The translations under genes were made by a program, and so were the position numbers. A stretch of DNA of 63,706 nt, the filler included, from Globobulimina sp. (taxonomy: Eukaryota): NCBI GenBank assembly GCA_003354225.1. It is 51 parts of 51 records of this genome, joined end to end, with 100 filler letters (N's around TTAATTAATTAA, not from the genome) between each part and the next. Parts side by side here need not be neighbours in the genome. Positions count along the whole stretch, not along the records: positions 35,041 to 36,191 come from PIVH01022255.1; positions 36,292 to 37,442 come from PIVH01022256.1; positions 37,543 to 38,693 come from PIVH01022257.1; positions 38,794 to 39,944 come from PIVH01022258.1; positions 40,045 to 41,195 come from PIVH01022259.1; positions 41,296 to 42,446 come from PIVH01022260.1; positions 42,547 to 43,697 come from PIVH01022261.1; positions 43,798 to 44,948 come from PIVH01022262.1; 43 more parts are not named here. One strand, 5' to 3'. The notes under the pieces are model-generated. The model was not told the DNA's origin. It worked only from the letters and a program-made list of their open reading frames with translations, and did no database searches. Below are positions 35,624 to 47,550 of this stretch, one piece after another; the first letter of the stretch is position 1; each line of letters begins with the position of its first letter.

Positions 35624-37542
35624 ATAACACCGATACAATAAATCATCAAATCAAATGGAGAAATCAACAATGGAGTGATCAATGGACAAACTGATGTCAA
35701 AGTCAAATCGATGATGAATCCGGAATGGAATAATCAAATGATGGAGACGATGGCAAATGAAGTGAAAACCAATGAAACACTCTAAAGATTAAATCCATAT
35801 AGAATAATAAAATATAGAATCTATATATATGTGATATTACATTGTGATATTATTGTGCCTTGTAGCTTATATTATAAGTCCGTGCACTATTGAAATAAAT
35901 TGTACTGACCAAAAATTGCATTCCTACTGGTTGCGACACTCCCACCAACGAGGTGTCGCCTTTCAATGTTGTCCAATCCTTGAACTTTGTTCTTCTGCCA
36001 GTGTTTGTTCTTGGCTTGATTCCATATTTGGGTTGATGTTTTGATCCAAAGTCCTTGTGTTGAGCATCGGTCCATGAGCTTGGTTCTTGCCGTCGCCGAG
36101 TGCCAAAGATCCAGAATCGTTCCATATCATTTGTCCAATGTCCAATGTCCATGTTTTTGTTCCAATGTACTTTGTATTTGTATGGCCTTATNNNNNNNNN
36201 NNNNNNNNNNNNNNNNNNNNNNNNNNNNNNNNNNNTTAATTAATTAANNNNNNNNNNNNNNNNNNNNNNNNNNNNNNNNNNNNNNNNNNNNTTTTCCCTC
36301 CAATTGTCTCATAGAAATTCTTGCTGTCATGATTTTTGTGACTTACTTTCAACCAAACGTATCTGACTCTTTTAATAAAAATGGTTAAGTGTTGCTTTCG
36401 GGGGGTCACCAATTTATGTCGCCCTGAAATTAGCCCTGAAATAAATAACAAGACAACACAAGAAATATATTTTATTATTCGTAAGCAGTCCGTATTCCAA
36501 GAGTAAGATCAGCAGACACTACACCTGTAATGGTGTGTATGTGGATATAAACTAACCTTTTACTGAATATGTAGAAATCCAACATACAATTCTGCTGATA
36601 ATAATAGTTGTACTTAACAAGGTAGAAAGGTCAGCATCTATAGCTATAAGGACCAATCAACCTACCGTACGATTTTCTCCACGATTTATCTCAACAATAC
36701 AATTATATCAATTTATAAGGAATGAGCTTTTCTCTCCAGATTGTCTGGTTTATATTCAGAATGGACAATAAACAGTTTCGGTTATAGGAAAGTTTATTAT
36801 ACACATTTATTAATAATAATATAGTAAATTTATATTTATTTTATATTTATTTCTTCCTTTTATTTACGACCAGACCGACGCGCTCCTTTTTCACGTCACA
36901 AACAAAGGAAACTTTCGAAATATAAACCATTCCAATGTCCTGGTTTTGACACGATGTGAAAGCCTGAAACAAGTTAAACATGTATATACTGTAAGGCAGC
37001 AATTAAACTGCGCATTATGTAAACCGCGCAGTACATATGTAACTATCGCGTATGACGCGACACTCCCGACGAAAAGCAAATTTTAAATATACAGAATTTT
37101 TTGAAGAAAACTAAATACATATTAAATTCTGTACAACACTGTCAATAATGACGGCGCCAATTCATGTCACCATCTGCGCGACACTCCCTAGGCACTTGAT
37201 AATGTTTGCCTTGTGCCCGTACTGTATTATTGTGGAAAGTACCCCTATCCCTGTTAGGAGGCTTCCAACTATGCCATTGATTGGGACTGTTGTAAGGAAC
37301 AAACTTACGGGAACCTCTTTGTACCATTGGAGGTTTCATTTTAACATCCCCTGACGATAACGTAGTATCGTAGAAATTTGCATAATGCGTGCTGAGTTTA
37401 GTTTACAGTTCCTAATGTCATTACTTGTTTTTCTTATCTAACNNNNNNNNNNNNNNNNNNNNNNNNNNNNNNNNNNNNNNNNNNNNTTAATTAATTAANN
37501 NNNNNNNNNNNNNNNNNNNNNNNNNNNNNNNNNNNNNNNNNN

Positions 37543-37855
37543 TAAAAAGTTGATGAACGTGATCTGAAAAAACTTTATTACCTTCAGAATAAACTATTCC
37601 TAATAATATCGGGGAATCTGTAATTATAACATCAACATCTGATGATAATCTCCATTGTCTGTGATGTTGCTTTGCTGTTATATAATTTTGATTTTTTAAT
37701 GTTTTATGTCTTTCTTCCCATGTCAAATCTTTTGCAAATTCACTAACAAGTTCAGCGTTTACATCATGTTGTTTAAGTAAAGAAAAGACTCCAGCGGCAG
37801 TAGTTGACTTTCCAGAACCTGGGCCTCCATATAGATTAATTACAAGCGTTTTCAT
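37543..37855 (-). CDS. P-loop ATPase, AAA_28/NadR-Ttd14-like, phage type, 3' truncated
   Basis: MKTLVINLYGGPGSGKST...AELVSEFAKDLTWE...VIITDSPIL; SD AAAAGGA. Confidence 0.88.
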
Positions 37856-37874
37856 TATATTCCTTTTATTCATA

Positions 37875-38051
37875 TTAATATGTACACTCATAACATGAAA
37901 ATTTATTAACCATATCATTAGGTGTTGGTTTTTTATCTTTTATCTTTATGCCACACTTTGTTTCATCATCCCAAGGAAAGCAAATATGAATGAGATCATC
38001 TTCACCTATACATCTAATATAATGTTTTTGTTTATACAATCTTGATGACAT
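37875..38051 (-). CDS. 58-aa phage hypothetical protein (not in the ORF track)
   Basis: MSSRLYKQKHYIRCIGEDDLIHICFPWDDETKCG...FSCYECTY; SD AAGGA. Confidence 0.65.
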   Translation of the reverse strand: MSSRLYKQKHYIRCIGEDDLIHICFPWDDETKCGIKIKDKKPTPNDMVNKFSCYECTY

Positions 38052-38069
38052 ATTTGCTTTCCTTTAAGA

Positions 38070-38255
38070 TTATTCGATTTTATGATCTTTGTCATATCTT
38101 CCGATAGCATCCATTCCTGTCAATTCACAAACTAATGTATTACCATATTTTCCTGTTGTTGAATGTGCCATAACATGCATAAAACAAAAATATATAACTT
38201 TCTTTGGTAATTTATCAACCAACCAATACCAAAAATTTACTTCTTTAATACCCAT
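38070..38255 (-). CDS. 61-aa phage hypothetical protein
   Basis: SD GGAGG before ATG at 38255. Confidence 0.7.
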   Translation of the reverse strand: MGIKEVNFWYWLVDKLPKKVIYFCFMHVMAHSTTGKYGNTLVCELTGMDAIGRYDKDHKIE

Positions 38256-38484
38256 TACATTCGTCCTCCAATTCATTTAAATATTTTATTTGTTTAATAT
38301 AATTTAATTCTGCCTTAAAGCAAATAATCCATGTCATATAACCTGCTACTGTACCAATGAAAATCATAAAAAAATCAATAAAACTAATCAATAATCCTTG
38401 TTTATAATCATCATAAACACATACAATAGTAGTCAAGAATCCTACTATAAACCAAGATATTAAGAAACTATCAATTGTTATCAT
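38245..38484 (-). CDS. Small two-TM phage hypothetical protein
   Basis: Two hydrophobic segments; SD AAAGGA. Confidence 0.6.
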   Translation of the reverse strand: MITIDSFLISWFIVGFLTTIVCVYDDYKQGLLISFIDFFMIFIGTVAGYMTWIICFKAELNYIKQIKYLNELEDECNGY

Positions 38485-38496
38485 ATTTATTTTCCT

Positions 38497-38693
38497 TTAA
38501 TCTGATATCACACAAATTTCTTGATAATCACTTTTATCTTCAATGTCATCAATATGAATACATTCAGCGAAATAATCAACATTATCACTTTTTTCAACAT
38601 AACTACTATAAGCACCATCACATTGAATTTCTGTTTGACCGTGATCTGCACATACATAACATTCAATCTCAGGATCGAATTGTTTTAAATTTT
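38497..38693 (-). CDS. Acidic phage hypothetical protein, 5' truncated (not in the ORF track)
   Basis: LKQFDPEIECYVCADHGQTEIQCDGAY...QEICVISD-stop. Confidence 0.6.
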
Positions 38694-38793
38694 NNNNNNN
38701 NNNNNNNNNNNNNNNNNNNNNNNNNNNNNNNNNNNNNTTAATTAATTAANNNNNNNNNNNNNNNNNNNNNNNNNNNNNNNNNNNNNNNNNNNN

Positions 38794-39700
38794 GCTTGCA
38801 AATAAAAATTGTCCTTGCACAGATTCATATGATTATGATCCATGTTGTGATAATACAACTCATGTCAACTAATGTGAAGCAAAGTGTGCAGGTTTTTGCG
38901 ACCCGCTACATGATAATCTTTGTCAAAGCGGAAATTGCAGAAATATTACGCAAGCACCAAATGAATGTGTATGCCCTTTGATATATGAACCAGTATGTTG
39001 TAATGGAGTGGAGTTTACCAGTCTATGTCAGGCACAATGTAATGGTGAAAACGAATGTATTTTTGGTGCGTGTACCCATGAACCACCACCACCTGATATT
39101 TGTCATTGCGCTTTAATAATAGCACCCGTTTGTTGTGAAGGTGAGAATATGATAATGTATGTTTAGCTGAATGTCATTTACATGTTGAGAATGCTACAAA
39201 AGAATGTGTAGCGGGGGGATGTACAGAGTGTGTATGTTCAAATGAATATGATCCATATTGTTGTTATGATACAGTATATAATAATTTGTGTGAGGCTGAA
39301 TGTGATGGGATTACAGAAGCAGAGGAAGAATGTGATCGTGGTGAATGTGGATCGATAGGTTGTGAATGTGGCAGTGAATATGAACCTTATTGTTATAAAG
39401 GTAAAACATATAACAATCAATGTGAAGCAGAATGTGATGGAATTCACAAATTTGAAAAGAAATGTGATGTCGGAGTGTGTAAAAGAGATTCGTTTCTGAG
39501 TGTAATTAATGGGGAGTGGGGACTTTGTAGCAAAACATTGGAGTTATACTGTTTTATGTATGCAGTTATTTATATTTGCATTGATTTGTTTCTTATTAGC
39601 ATTAACATTACCATTTTGTTGTAAAAAAAGAATTCAATCACGAATTAAATTATATTTTCATTCTAGTAATTATTTTATATCCCCCATATTTTGTATGTTT
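38794..39700 (+). pseudogene. Multi-Kazal-domain membrane protein with an in-frame TAA (38870-38872) and frameshifts
   Basis: Repeated C-x-C-x3-Y-x-P-x-C...Y-x-N-x-C-x-A-x-C units; TM-like segment in a shifted frame. Confidence 0.75.
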
Positions 39701-40830
39701 ATATATTTTATACTTTTTTCTTATTTTTGTATTTTTGTGATTTTATTAATTTTAATATCTACTTTTTTAATGATCAGAAATATGTATGTACTGTATCATA
39801 TTCATTATTGTTTCAATTTTTTTATTCATTATTTCAAATTTCAATTCATTATTGCAATTAATGTATATTACTTTCGATCACCAAAATTAAAAATTTGCTC
39901 ATTGAATGTGTGTTTGGATTTTGGCATTATTTGATTTAGAATCCNNNNNNNNNNNNNNNNNNNNNNNNNNNNNNNNNNNNNNNNNNNNTTAATTAATTAA
40001 NNNNNNNNNNNNNNNNNNNNNNNNNNNNNNNNNNNNNNNNNNNNCAATGTCTGAAAATGATGAAGTAATCGATGAAAATCAGTTAAATCGATCTGTTTCA
40101 GTGCGTGAAATCGATCCAATTACGGCTATGTTGGGCTTTTTAAAAGTGTTGCCAGATTTAGATGTTTACGATCGTGATGGCAATTATAGTTTTTATAAAG
40201 ATGATGAGAATGCGAATGACAATGCGAATGAGAATAAGAATGAGAATAAGAATGAGAATGGCATTGGGAATGGGAATGAGATCGAGACTTTGAGTTGAGT
40301 GAGAATGAAAACGAAAACGAAGATGAAAAAAAAGAAACAGAGGAAGTGGAGGAAGATGATAATAATGCTGTTCAATTTTATGGACCTGGGCCGTATTTGG
40401 TGTCGAGTGAAAAATTACGAACATTTGTGGGTATATTATTGGATATGGTTAGAATTGAACGTGTCAGATATTGATTTGCTACTAATTGAAAATGTCAATG
40501 TATTGAGTCGAAAGCAACCCGATCAATAGATAAAGATCATAGGAGACACAAACACCACCGCAATGATTCAGTACATTTGTTTGTTAATTTGCGTGTTGTG
40601 TATGCATATGATCGACGTATTCTATGAAACATGAAATTGTAATCGTACCAGCTATGTTAAATTAAACGGTTAAAAGCTAGCCAGTCTGCAAAACTGTAAA
40701 ACTGTAAAACCGTACTAGCCACCAACCATTTCACAGGAAGCAAAAAGTCAATTGTTTCCATTGTGTACAAACAAGATTTTTGGATAGTTATTTTGTTTTT
40801 AAAACAAATTTAAAACTCCTCTCCTCTACA

Positions 40831-41195
40831 ATGCTATTCTTTATTACAATTTTCTGTGGATATTGTGTTTCATTGGCACAATCTCAAAATAATTCTCAAT
40901 GCACCAGTAGTCAATTCGGCTGTGCTTCTAACACCCCAACTAATTATAAATGTATTCCAAATTCTTGGGAATGTGATGGTATGGCAGACTGTGCTGACAA
41001 CAGTGATGAATCAAGTTGTAATTCTCCAACATATGCATCTGCACCTACCGCGTATCCAACACATGGATATTACACAAGTTAGGAAACTTTACATGTACAC
41101 ACACACACATAACTTTTCTGACATAATCCGAAAATTATATTATATCCAGACGACACAAGCGATGAAAATGCTTCTGTTTCTGTGACTGTCATCTT
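40831..41195 (+). CDS. Secreted/membrane LDL-receptor class A domain protein; intron at 41078-41149
   Basis: Signal peptide; CTSSQFGC...CIPNSWECDGMADCADNSDESSC. Confidence 0.92.
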
Positions 41196-41439
41196 NNNNN
41201 NNNNNNNNNNNNNNNNNNNNNNNNNNNNNNNNNNNNNNNTTAATTAATTAANNNNNNNNNNNNNNNNNNNNNNNNNNNNNNNNNNNNNNNNNNNNTATAT
41301 TTTGTGTTGTCCTTTCTCTAAATTGATTAGATGTAAAAAATAAATCAGCAACGCGTTTCTGTCACTGGTTTGAAAAAAAAATCCTTATAAATACAGTACT
41401 ATTAAACGCCGAAAACAGTAATATATATAAATACGTTTA

Positions 41440-41975
41440 CTAAAAAAATAAAAAGATTCCAAGCCCAAATGAAATTGCTGTTGCGACTATAATTCCTTCC
41501 AGCATTCCTATCAATGTGTCCCCAAAATAGTGTTGTCCAAAATACACACGACCAAGTATCGAGAAAGGAATTGTTATTAACATAAACCACCAGAAAATGC
41601 TGTACGCGTTGATAAAATAATAATTCATGGTGAATATCATAGTGACGGTGAACACTGTGGCTTGTGCAACATCCCCCGATGGCATGGATGGAGTGTGTGA
41701 TATAGTTAATGTTGTGACTATTGAGGAGATCCACGGCCATAAATCAGTTTCCTTGATTAATAATGGTCGCTGTCTGTTTATTATCCGTTTAAAAAGTTCA
41801 TTTGAGATCAAACACATTAACACATTTACGCCGTACAATATTGATTTAAATGCGAGACCATATATTATGACACCAATTGGGATTCCAATCATTGAAAATG
41901 CAAAAGTAGGGATTAATAAAATTAATTCGAAAAAACATCCAAAATGTGCTTCGTATACAATTAATGAATAATACT
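41440..41975 (-). CDS. PAP2-family membrane phosphatase (5' structure uncertain)
   Basis: KRIINRQRP, SMPSGD and GRVYFGQHYFGD correspond to motifs C1-C3. Confidence 0.88.
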
Positions 41976-42546
41976 TATCATAATAATCAAGAGCATGGAA
42001 GCAATTGCAACCTTCATTTCGATGATAAGTAATTTATGTTTTGTCAATTTGTGCAATACAATGGTACAAACCATGAGATTCTTTGCTGAGACCATCATAG
42101 CTATATCCGTTTGTGTTGACTTTTTAAATATATCTGTCTGTTTTTTAAATATATCTCATATGCAATATTCAAATACCTGTATCATTACATTCATCTCTGT
42201 TCATTCAAATGTTTAAATTGTGAATTTTCGTATACTGCAAATGTATATTTCTTCATTCTTAACTGTATTGAAATAAGTCCTTTCTGTTCAAAATCATGGT
42301 TTGCAGCTGCCATGTCTGAGACTTTACTTAGCAGAACTTCTTATGATCAAACATTCAATTTTCGTCCTCACTATTTTTCAATATTAACACCGTTTAATTA
42401 TACATTCATGTCAACATAATGTAAGACACGATCTATCTACAAAATGNNNNNNNNNNNNNNNNNNNNNNNNNNNNNNNNNNNNNNNNNNNNTTAATTAATT
42501 AANNNNNNNNNNNNNNNNNNNNNNNNNNNNNNNNNNNNNNNNNNNN

Positions 42547-43291
42547 AACTGGTAAACATCATTTAGGCGATTTTTGTGATGATTCTGAGTCTGAAAATGA
42601 AGAATACGAAGCAATGATTGTGGTCGATGCGCAACATTCCATCCCGGATAACTTAAATCCATTTATGCTGAAAGCATGGACTGTTTCTGTTGCCGCAATG
42701 TTTAGAGTGTCGATGTTGTGTTCCGCGTTGACAACGAAAGTGTTTCGTGATATGCAGCAATCGTTTAATGCGATCGCAGAAAGTATTGACAGCAGCAATG
42801 GTGTTGCCGAGGTGCCAATGGTTGTGGTGCAAAATGAAGGGCAAACGCATGGCATCAGCATTATTGTGCTTTGTGTGAAACAATGTGGCGGATTACCAAT
42901 GGTTGTGGTTAAATATTTGTATGCGAAAAGTGCGACTTTGACGTTGAAAAATGCTCAGAGTTTGATGCAGGAGATGGGAGAGGGGAGACTTATGCAGTCG
43001 ATTGAGGCGGATTTGATTGAAGTTAAATTGATACATCGTTTGTTGCGAAAGAATAGAAGCAAATTGGTGCGTGCTTTGGTTGGGAAAAAAGAAAAAGAAA
43101 TGTGTAAAGGATGGAAGATGTCGGTGTTTACGCCGTATTCTGATAAAAAGGTAGAGAATAAATGCCCTTCTTGCCATCAGTTAGCATCGTTGCGATGTTC
43201 GCGATGTAAGAAAATATCTTATTGCTCTCGTGAGTGTCAAAAGGATGACTGGAAAGCTCATAAAAAAGTGTGTAAGAAAATAGAATCATAG
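42547..43291 (+). CDS. MYND zinc finger protein, 5' truncated
   Basis: CPSC...RCSRCKKISYCSRECQKDDWKAHKKVC. Confidence 0.93.
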
Positions 43292-44132
43292 ACAGAATTT
43301 CCTTATACTTTCTTTTTACATAATTCAGATCATAATATTATATTACGTTTGACAATCGGAAGCAGGGGCGCTGCCCCCTAAATGTAGCCAACTTTGCAAA
43401 CTTTACGGACGTAATTGCAACTTTGCAAACCCAATGTAAATTTTCTTTGTATAAATCATATACAAAGATGGGGGTTATCTATTGCGTGTCAACACAGATT
43501 TGATTTGTGTACACCAAGTCTTGCTAAGTTTTTATGAAATAAAAAGTTTTGAGGATTCAAAAAAAAACCACACTCACAAAGTTGCATCGTTTCGAAAGTA
43601 TAGTAATACGCCTCTGGTTCTATCCATATATAAACTCCTAAACTCCGATATGCTTTCCAAAGTGAATGATTACTATAAATCTACGCAAAATGCAGTANNN
43701 NNNNNNNNNNNNNNNNNNNNNNNNNNNNNNNNNNNNNNNNNTTAATTAATTAANNNNNNNNNNNNNNNNNNNNNNNNNNNNNNNNNNNNNNNNNNNNTGT
43801 TTATTTTGCTCGCATATAAATCGGTACATTTAGCTTTCATTTAATTAGCATAATAATCGGGACATTGTTAGCTCGCGATCGATGTATGTAGGTATGAAGG
43901 TCAATCGAAAACGGTTCGAAAATATCGAAATGTATCGATTTGTAATCGATTTTTCTCGATAACCGATTGATAATTTGTTGCTCGAGCACCACTTCAGATT
44001 TTGGGTTTTTTTATTATTATTATTATACCAAAATTAATTCTGCTAATAGTAATAAATCTTTGGTAAATGGTTTTGTCAAATCATATAAATACCAAATTAT
44101 ACAGCATACAGTCAGTCTGGTATGTTTCAATG

Positions 44133-44365
44133 GATATGGTAATACTACCATATATGATAGTAGGTATTACCATATGTGGTAACTATTACCATATAGTGCA
44201 ATACATCCCTTGTGTTTCCGTATATGGTATCTCTTACCATATATGGTAACCATTACCATATATGATAACTATTACCATATATGGTAACTCTTACCATATA
44301 TGGTACCTGTTACCATATTTGAAATGGTAAATCTTACTATATATGGTAACTATTACCACATATGT
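44133..44365. repeat. Palindromic minisatellite, about 19-bp unit (GGTAACTATTACCATATAT)
   Basis: About ten degenerate copies; TTACCATATATGGTAA is a perfect palindrome. Confidence 0.9.
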
Positions 44366-44844
44366 GTGACAAATTGATAGAGTTAGTAAAAAGCTAAACA
44401 TTTTGTGACCTTTGAAATTGTTGCTCACTCTGTTTTTGATCATTATCTATTGTTATTTGACAAAATAATTATTTTAGTAGTCAAAAAAGGGCAAAAAGTC
44501 CAGCCCAAATTTAGTCTATAGGTGTGTGCCATCATCATAATGGTAGTTTATTTGATCAGCAGCTTGGCTCAGGAACCATGCTAAACCACAGCTGCTATGG
44601 GGCACAGATAGAAATTTAAAACTTTCTGAACACCAGGCTTAACCTATAGGCAGCACGCCGGACCAATTAAATAATGATAGCATTCACTTTTATATAACGT
44701 TGGCAATTTTGAAACATTACTGTGACGGGCCACTGATGGCCGTCGGTTGTAATTATGCCGTGACCATATCAATTGATAAGCAGGTCTCTCACCTCTTTAT
44801 TGCAATCAAACATGGCAGGCAACGAGCTAGGCAACTGACCGAGT

Positions 44845-44930
44845 TTGGGGGGCGGGCAAACTCGCGGCGCGCAAGTAGGGGTGGGCGGAGCCAAAGTGAG
44901 ATGTCAGCCAATGAGAGACGCGCGTTTGCG
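44845..44930 (+). promoter_or_regulatory. GC-box/CCAAT-box cluster resembling an animal Pol II promoter
   Basis: GGGGGCGGGC, GGGTGGGCGGAGC and CAGCCAATGAGA within about 75 nt. Confidence 0.35.
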
Positions 44931-45048
44931 ATGACACACTGTTTGACGNNNNNNNNNNNNNNNNNNNNNNNNNNNNNNNNNNNNNNNNNNNNTTAATTAA
45001 TTAANNNNNNNNNNNNNNNNNNNNNNNNNNNNNNNNNNNNNNNNNNNN

Positions 45049-45828
45049 TTTCGTTTATTTAAAAGAATAAAAGATAAATTTCCACTGTCAACAGTAGTGG
45101 TGGGTGTGAGTGGCGATGAAGAGACAATACGTTTAAAAGGGCAAACATTGATGACTGAGAAAGAAAGAGCAGAAACAATAAATCATTGTAGATGGGTCGA
45201 TCAAGTCATATGTCCGTGCCCTTGGATTATAACACAATCATTTATGGAGGAAAATAATATCGATTATATTGCTCATGATGGACTAGTATATGCTTCTGCA
45301 AATAATGACGATATCTATGACTTTGTCAAAAAACAAGGTATATTTGTATAAACAAGCAATAATAATGAGGATTAAACGTGTATTTGCATATAAAAAGGAA
45401 AATTTATTGCCACTCAAAGGACGAAAGGTGTGTCAACAACAGATTTGATCAATAGAATTGTTCGTCGATATAATGAATTTGTATTAAGAAATTTAAAACG
45501 TGGCGCAACGAGAAAAGATTTAAATGTGTCATGGAGTCGAGAGCATCGTATTAAAATGAAACATAATATTCAGGAAATTGAAGAAAATGTTGAAAAATGG
45601 ATGGAGAATCCACAAACACTTATCGATGATTGTCTCGCTATTTTTGGAACTGATGGTAAAATTAAACAGAAAGTTGAGGAGAAAATTGAAAAAAAGAAGG
45701 AATATATTATAAAAAAAGGTGGCTTTACAACATGGACTTTAAAGTATGCGGTTGGTGCAGTTTATTGTGTTATTGCAGCGCATTTAATTAGAAAAAACGT
45801 CAGAAACGAATTTGCTAAAATTAAATAA
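45049..45828 (+). CDS. PCYT1: Choline-phosphate cytidylyltransferase (CCT), 5' truncated; intron at 45338-45397
   Basis: ERAETINHCRWVDQVI..PW, IDYIAHD and spliced RTKGVSTTDLINRIVRRYNEFVLRNLKRG. Confidence 0.93.
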
Positions 45829-45909
45829 ACAAACTTTTCATTTTATTGAGTAACCTTGACTTCACTGTGAGGCATCATCAAAACTAATATTTCTGTTTTC
45901 AATTTTATT

Positions 45910-46199
45910 ATGCCTAAATATGGTGGTGATCAGTTGGTAATCCCTATTTGGATATTAACCGGCTTTTACATCATTGTACTAACACCATTATCCATGTATT
46001 ATCTGTATCAACTTTGGAGATTATCATCTCAAAATATCCCTTTTTTCACCAAACGCCACCCCAAATTAATCATAGTCAGTGTTATTTTATTCAACATATA
46101 TCCAACCATTCTCAGACCGTTTGCGGATTTAAGCAGAGCATATTTCATTTTTGTTGCAGACAATCCATTCCCGAGATCCATAGTAAATATAATGCAGTA
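45910..46199 (+). CDS. N-terminus of a 7TM-like membrane protein (possibly 7TM-RGS type)
   Basis: TM1, then FFTKRHPKLI, then TM2. Confidence 0.55.
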
Positions 46200-46299
46200 N
46201 NNNNNNNNNNNNNNNNNNNNNNNNNNNNNNNNNNNNNNNNNNNTTAATTAATTAANNNNNNNNNNNNNNNNNNNNNNNNNNNNNNNNNNNNNNNNNNNN

Positions 46300-46977
46300 G
46301 AATATATGAAAATAAATGAATATTTAATAAATGATAGAAATAAAACACACGAAACATTGACAATATTACGGAATGAATATGATACAAAATTTGAGCGATT
46401 GCAAGCAGCCATTTGTGAAATGTCGAAACAGCACTTATTTAATTTAAAAGAATATTTGAGATATCGCAGAAATACAAAGCAAGAAATAACTGATTCCAAA
46501 TTGAATGTATTCAAAATAAAACAAGAAAATAACAAAATACGCACAAAATATAATGATAAAATGAAAAATATGGCGAATTGCAAAAAGAAAATGGAGCAAA
46601 AAAGAAAAAAAGAATCGAGTAAATTAATAAATGGATTTCGATTTGAAACAATGAAAAAGCACAAAGAACTGAATAATGTCAAAGATGAATTAAATACATT
46701 AACAAAATCGTATCAATTCGATATGAAGAATTTGAAAAATAAATTAAGTAAAACAAAGCGAAAAAATAAGAAATTAAATCAACTCAATAAATGCCAAAAA
46801 ATTGGCGTTGAGACCGATGTTGGAAATTTAAAAAAAAGATTAAATAAATTACAAAAAACATTTAATAATTTGTATATTGATGAGAATGCAAATGATTCCT
46901 ATCTTGTTTCGTTGCAAAAAGAGATTGATAAAATAAGTAACAAATTATTGCAACTGGCCCAAATCACCGAATCGTAA
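46300..46977 (+). CDS. Lys-rich coiled-coil protein, C-terminal part
   Basis: 223-aa heptad-rich ORF. Confidence 0.65.
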   Translation, partial: EYMKINEYLINDRNKTHETLTILRNEYDTKFERLQAAICEMSKQHLFNLKEYLRYRRNTKQEITDSKLNVFKIKQENNKIRTKYNDKMKNMANCKKKMEQKRKKESSKLINGFRFETMKKHKELNNVKDELNTLTKSYQFDMKNLKNKLSKTKRKNKKLNQLNKCQKIGVETDVGNLKKRLNKLQKTFNNLYIDENANDSYLVSLQKEIDKISNKLLQLAQITES

Positions 46978-47134
46978 AATATATTGTATTGTGTGTATTG
47001 TGTGTATCTGCTGTTTATTTAATTATATATCAACGAACTGTAATTGACTTTAATTCAAAAGATAACCAACTTCCCTCCACATGTTCAAGCACTTTTTTTT
47101 CACAAAAAAAAATTTAGCAGATCTGAAAAGCAGA

Positions 47135-47450
47135 TCAGAAATCAGAATCATCACTTTCATCAAACATATTTCTTATAACTTTCATTTGCTCAAAATCACT
47201 ACTTTCATCATCAGTGTCCTCCAATGCCAACATTGCTTCGAATTCCTGTTCTTGTTTCCGTTTCTCTGCCAATTCTTCTTTGCTCAATTCCCTATCAAAT
47301 AGCATGATTTTAGGTGCAGTGTGAGTCACTATATCAATATCATATTGTTTAGAATAATCAACCTGATACATTCTAGTTGTGCCTACTCGCAAATTACGCA
47401 AATTTCCATCTTCAACATTTATAAAACGGGTCAGATATTGATCACTAACT
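47135..47450 (-). CDS. C-terminal fragment of a hypothetical protein with an acidic tail
   Basis: Open frame from the contig edge. Confidence 0.5.
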
Positions 47451-47550
47451 NNNNNNNNNNNNNNNNNNNNNNNNNNNNNNNNNNNNNNNNNNNNTTAATT
47501 AATTAANNNNNNNNNNNNNNNNNNNNNNNNNNNNNNNNNNNNNNNNNNNN

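Larger units (their letters stand above)
37543..38693 (-). mobile_element. Bacteriophage-like fragment: five tightly packed co-oriented ORFs
   Basis: Intronless small ORFs with AAGGA/GGAGG Shine-Dalgarno sites, overlapping or nearly abutting. Confidence 0.8.

Noticed and set aside
36292..37442. Possible LTR/gag-like fragment
   Set aside because: No diagnostic motif; only short ORFs
35041..38693. LINE fragment plus phage genes as one composite element
   Set aside because: They lie on different contigs separated by linkers
38870..38872. TAA at a Kazal position where Gln occurs in a sister repeat, hinting at TAA=Gln recoding
   Set aside because: TAA terminates intact genes here (TLDc, CCT, VIT1), and the same gene also has frameshifts
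44133..44365. Possible CRISPR array
   Set aside because: The units are contiguous with no unique spacers, and no cas genes are present
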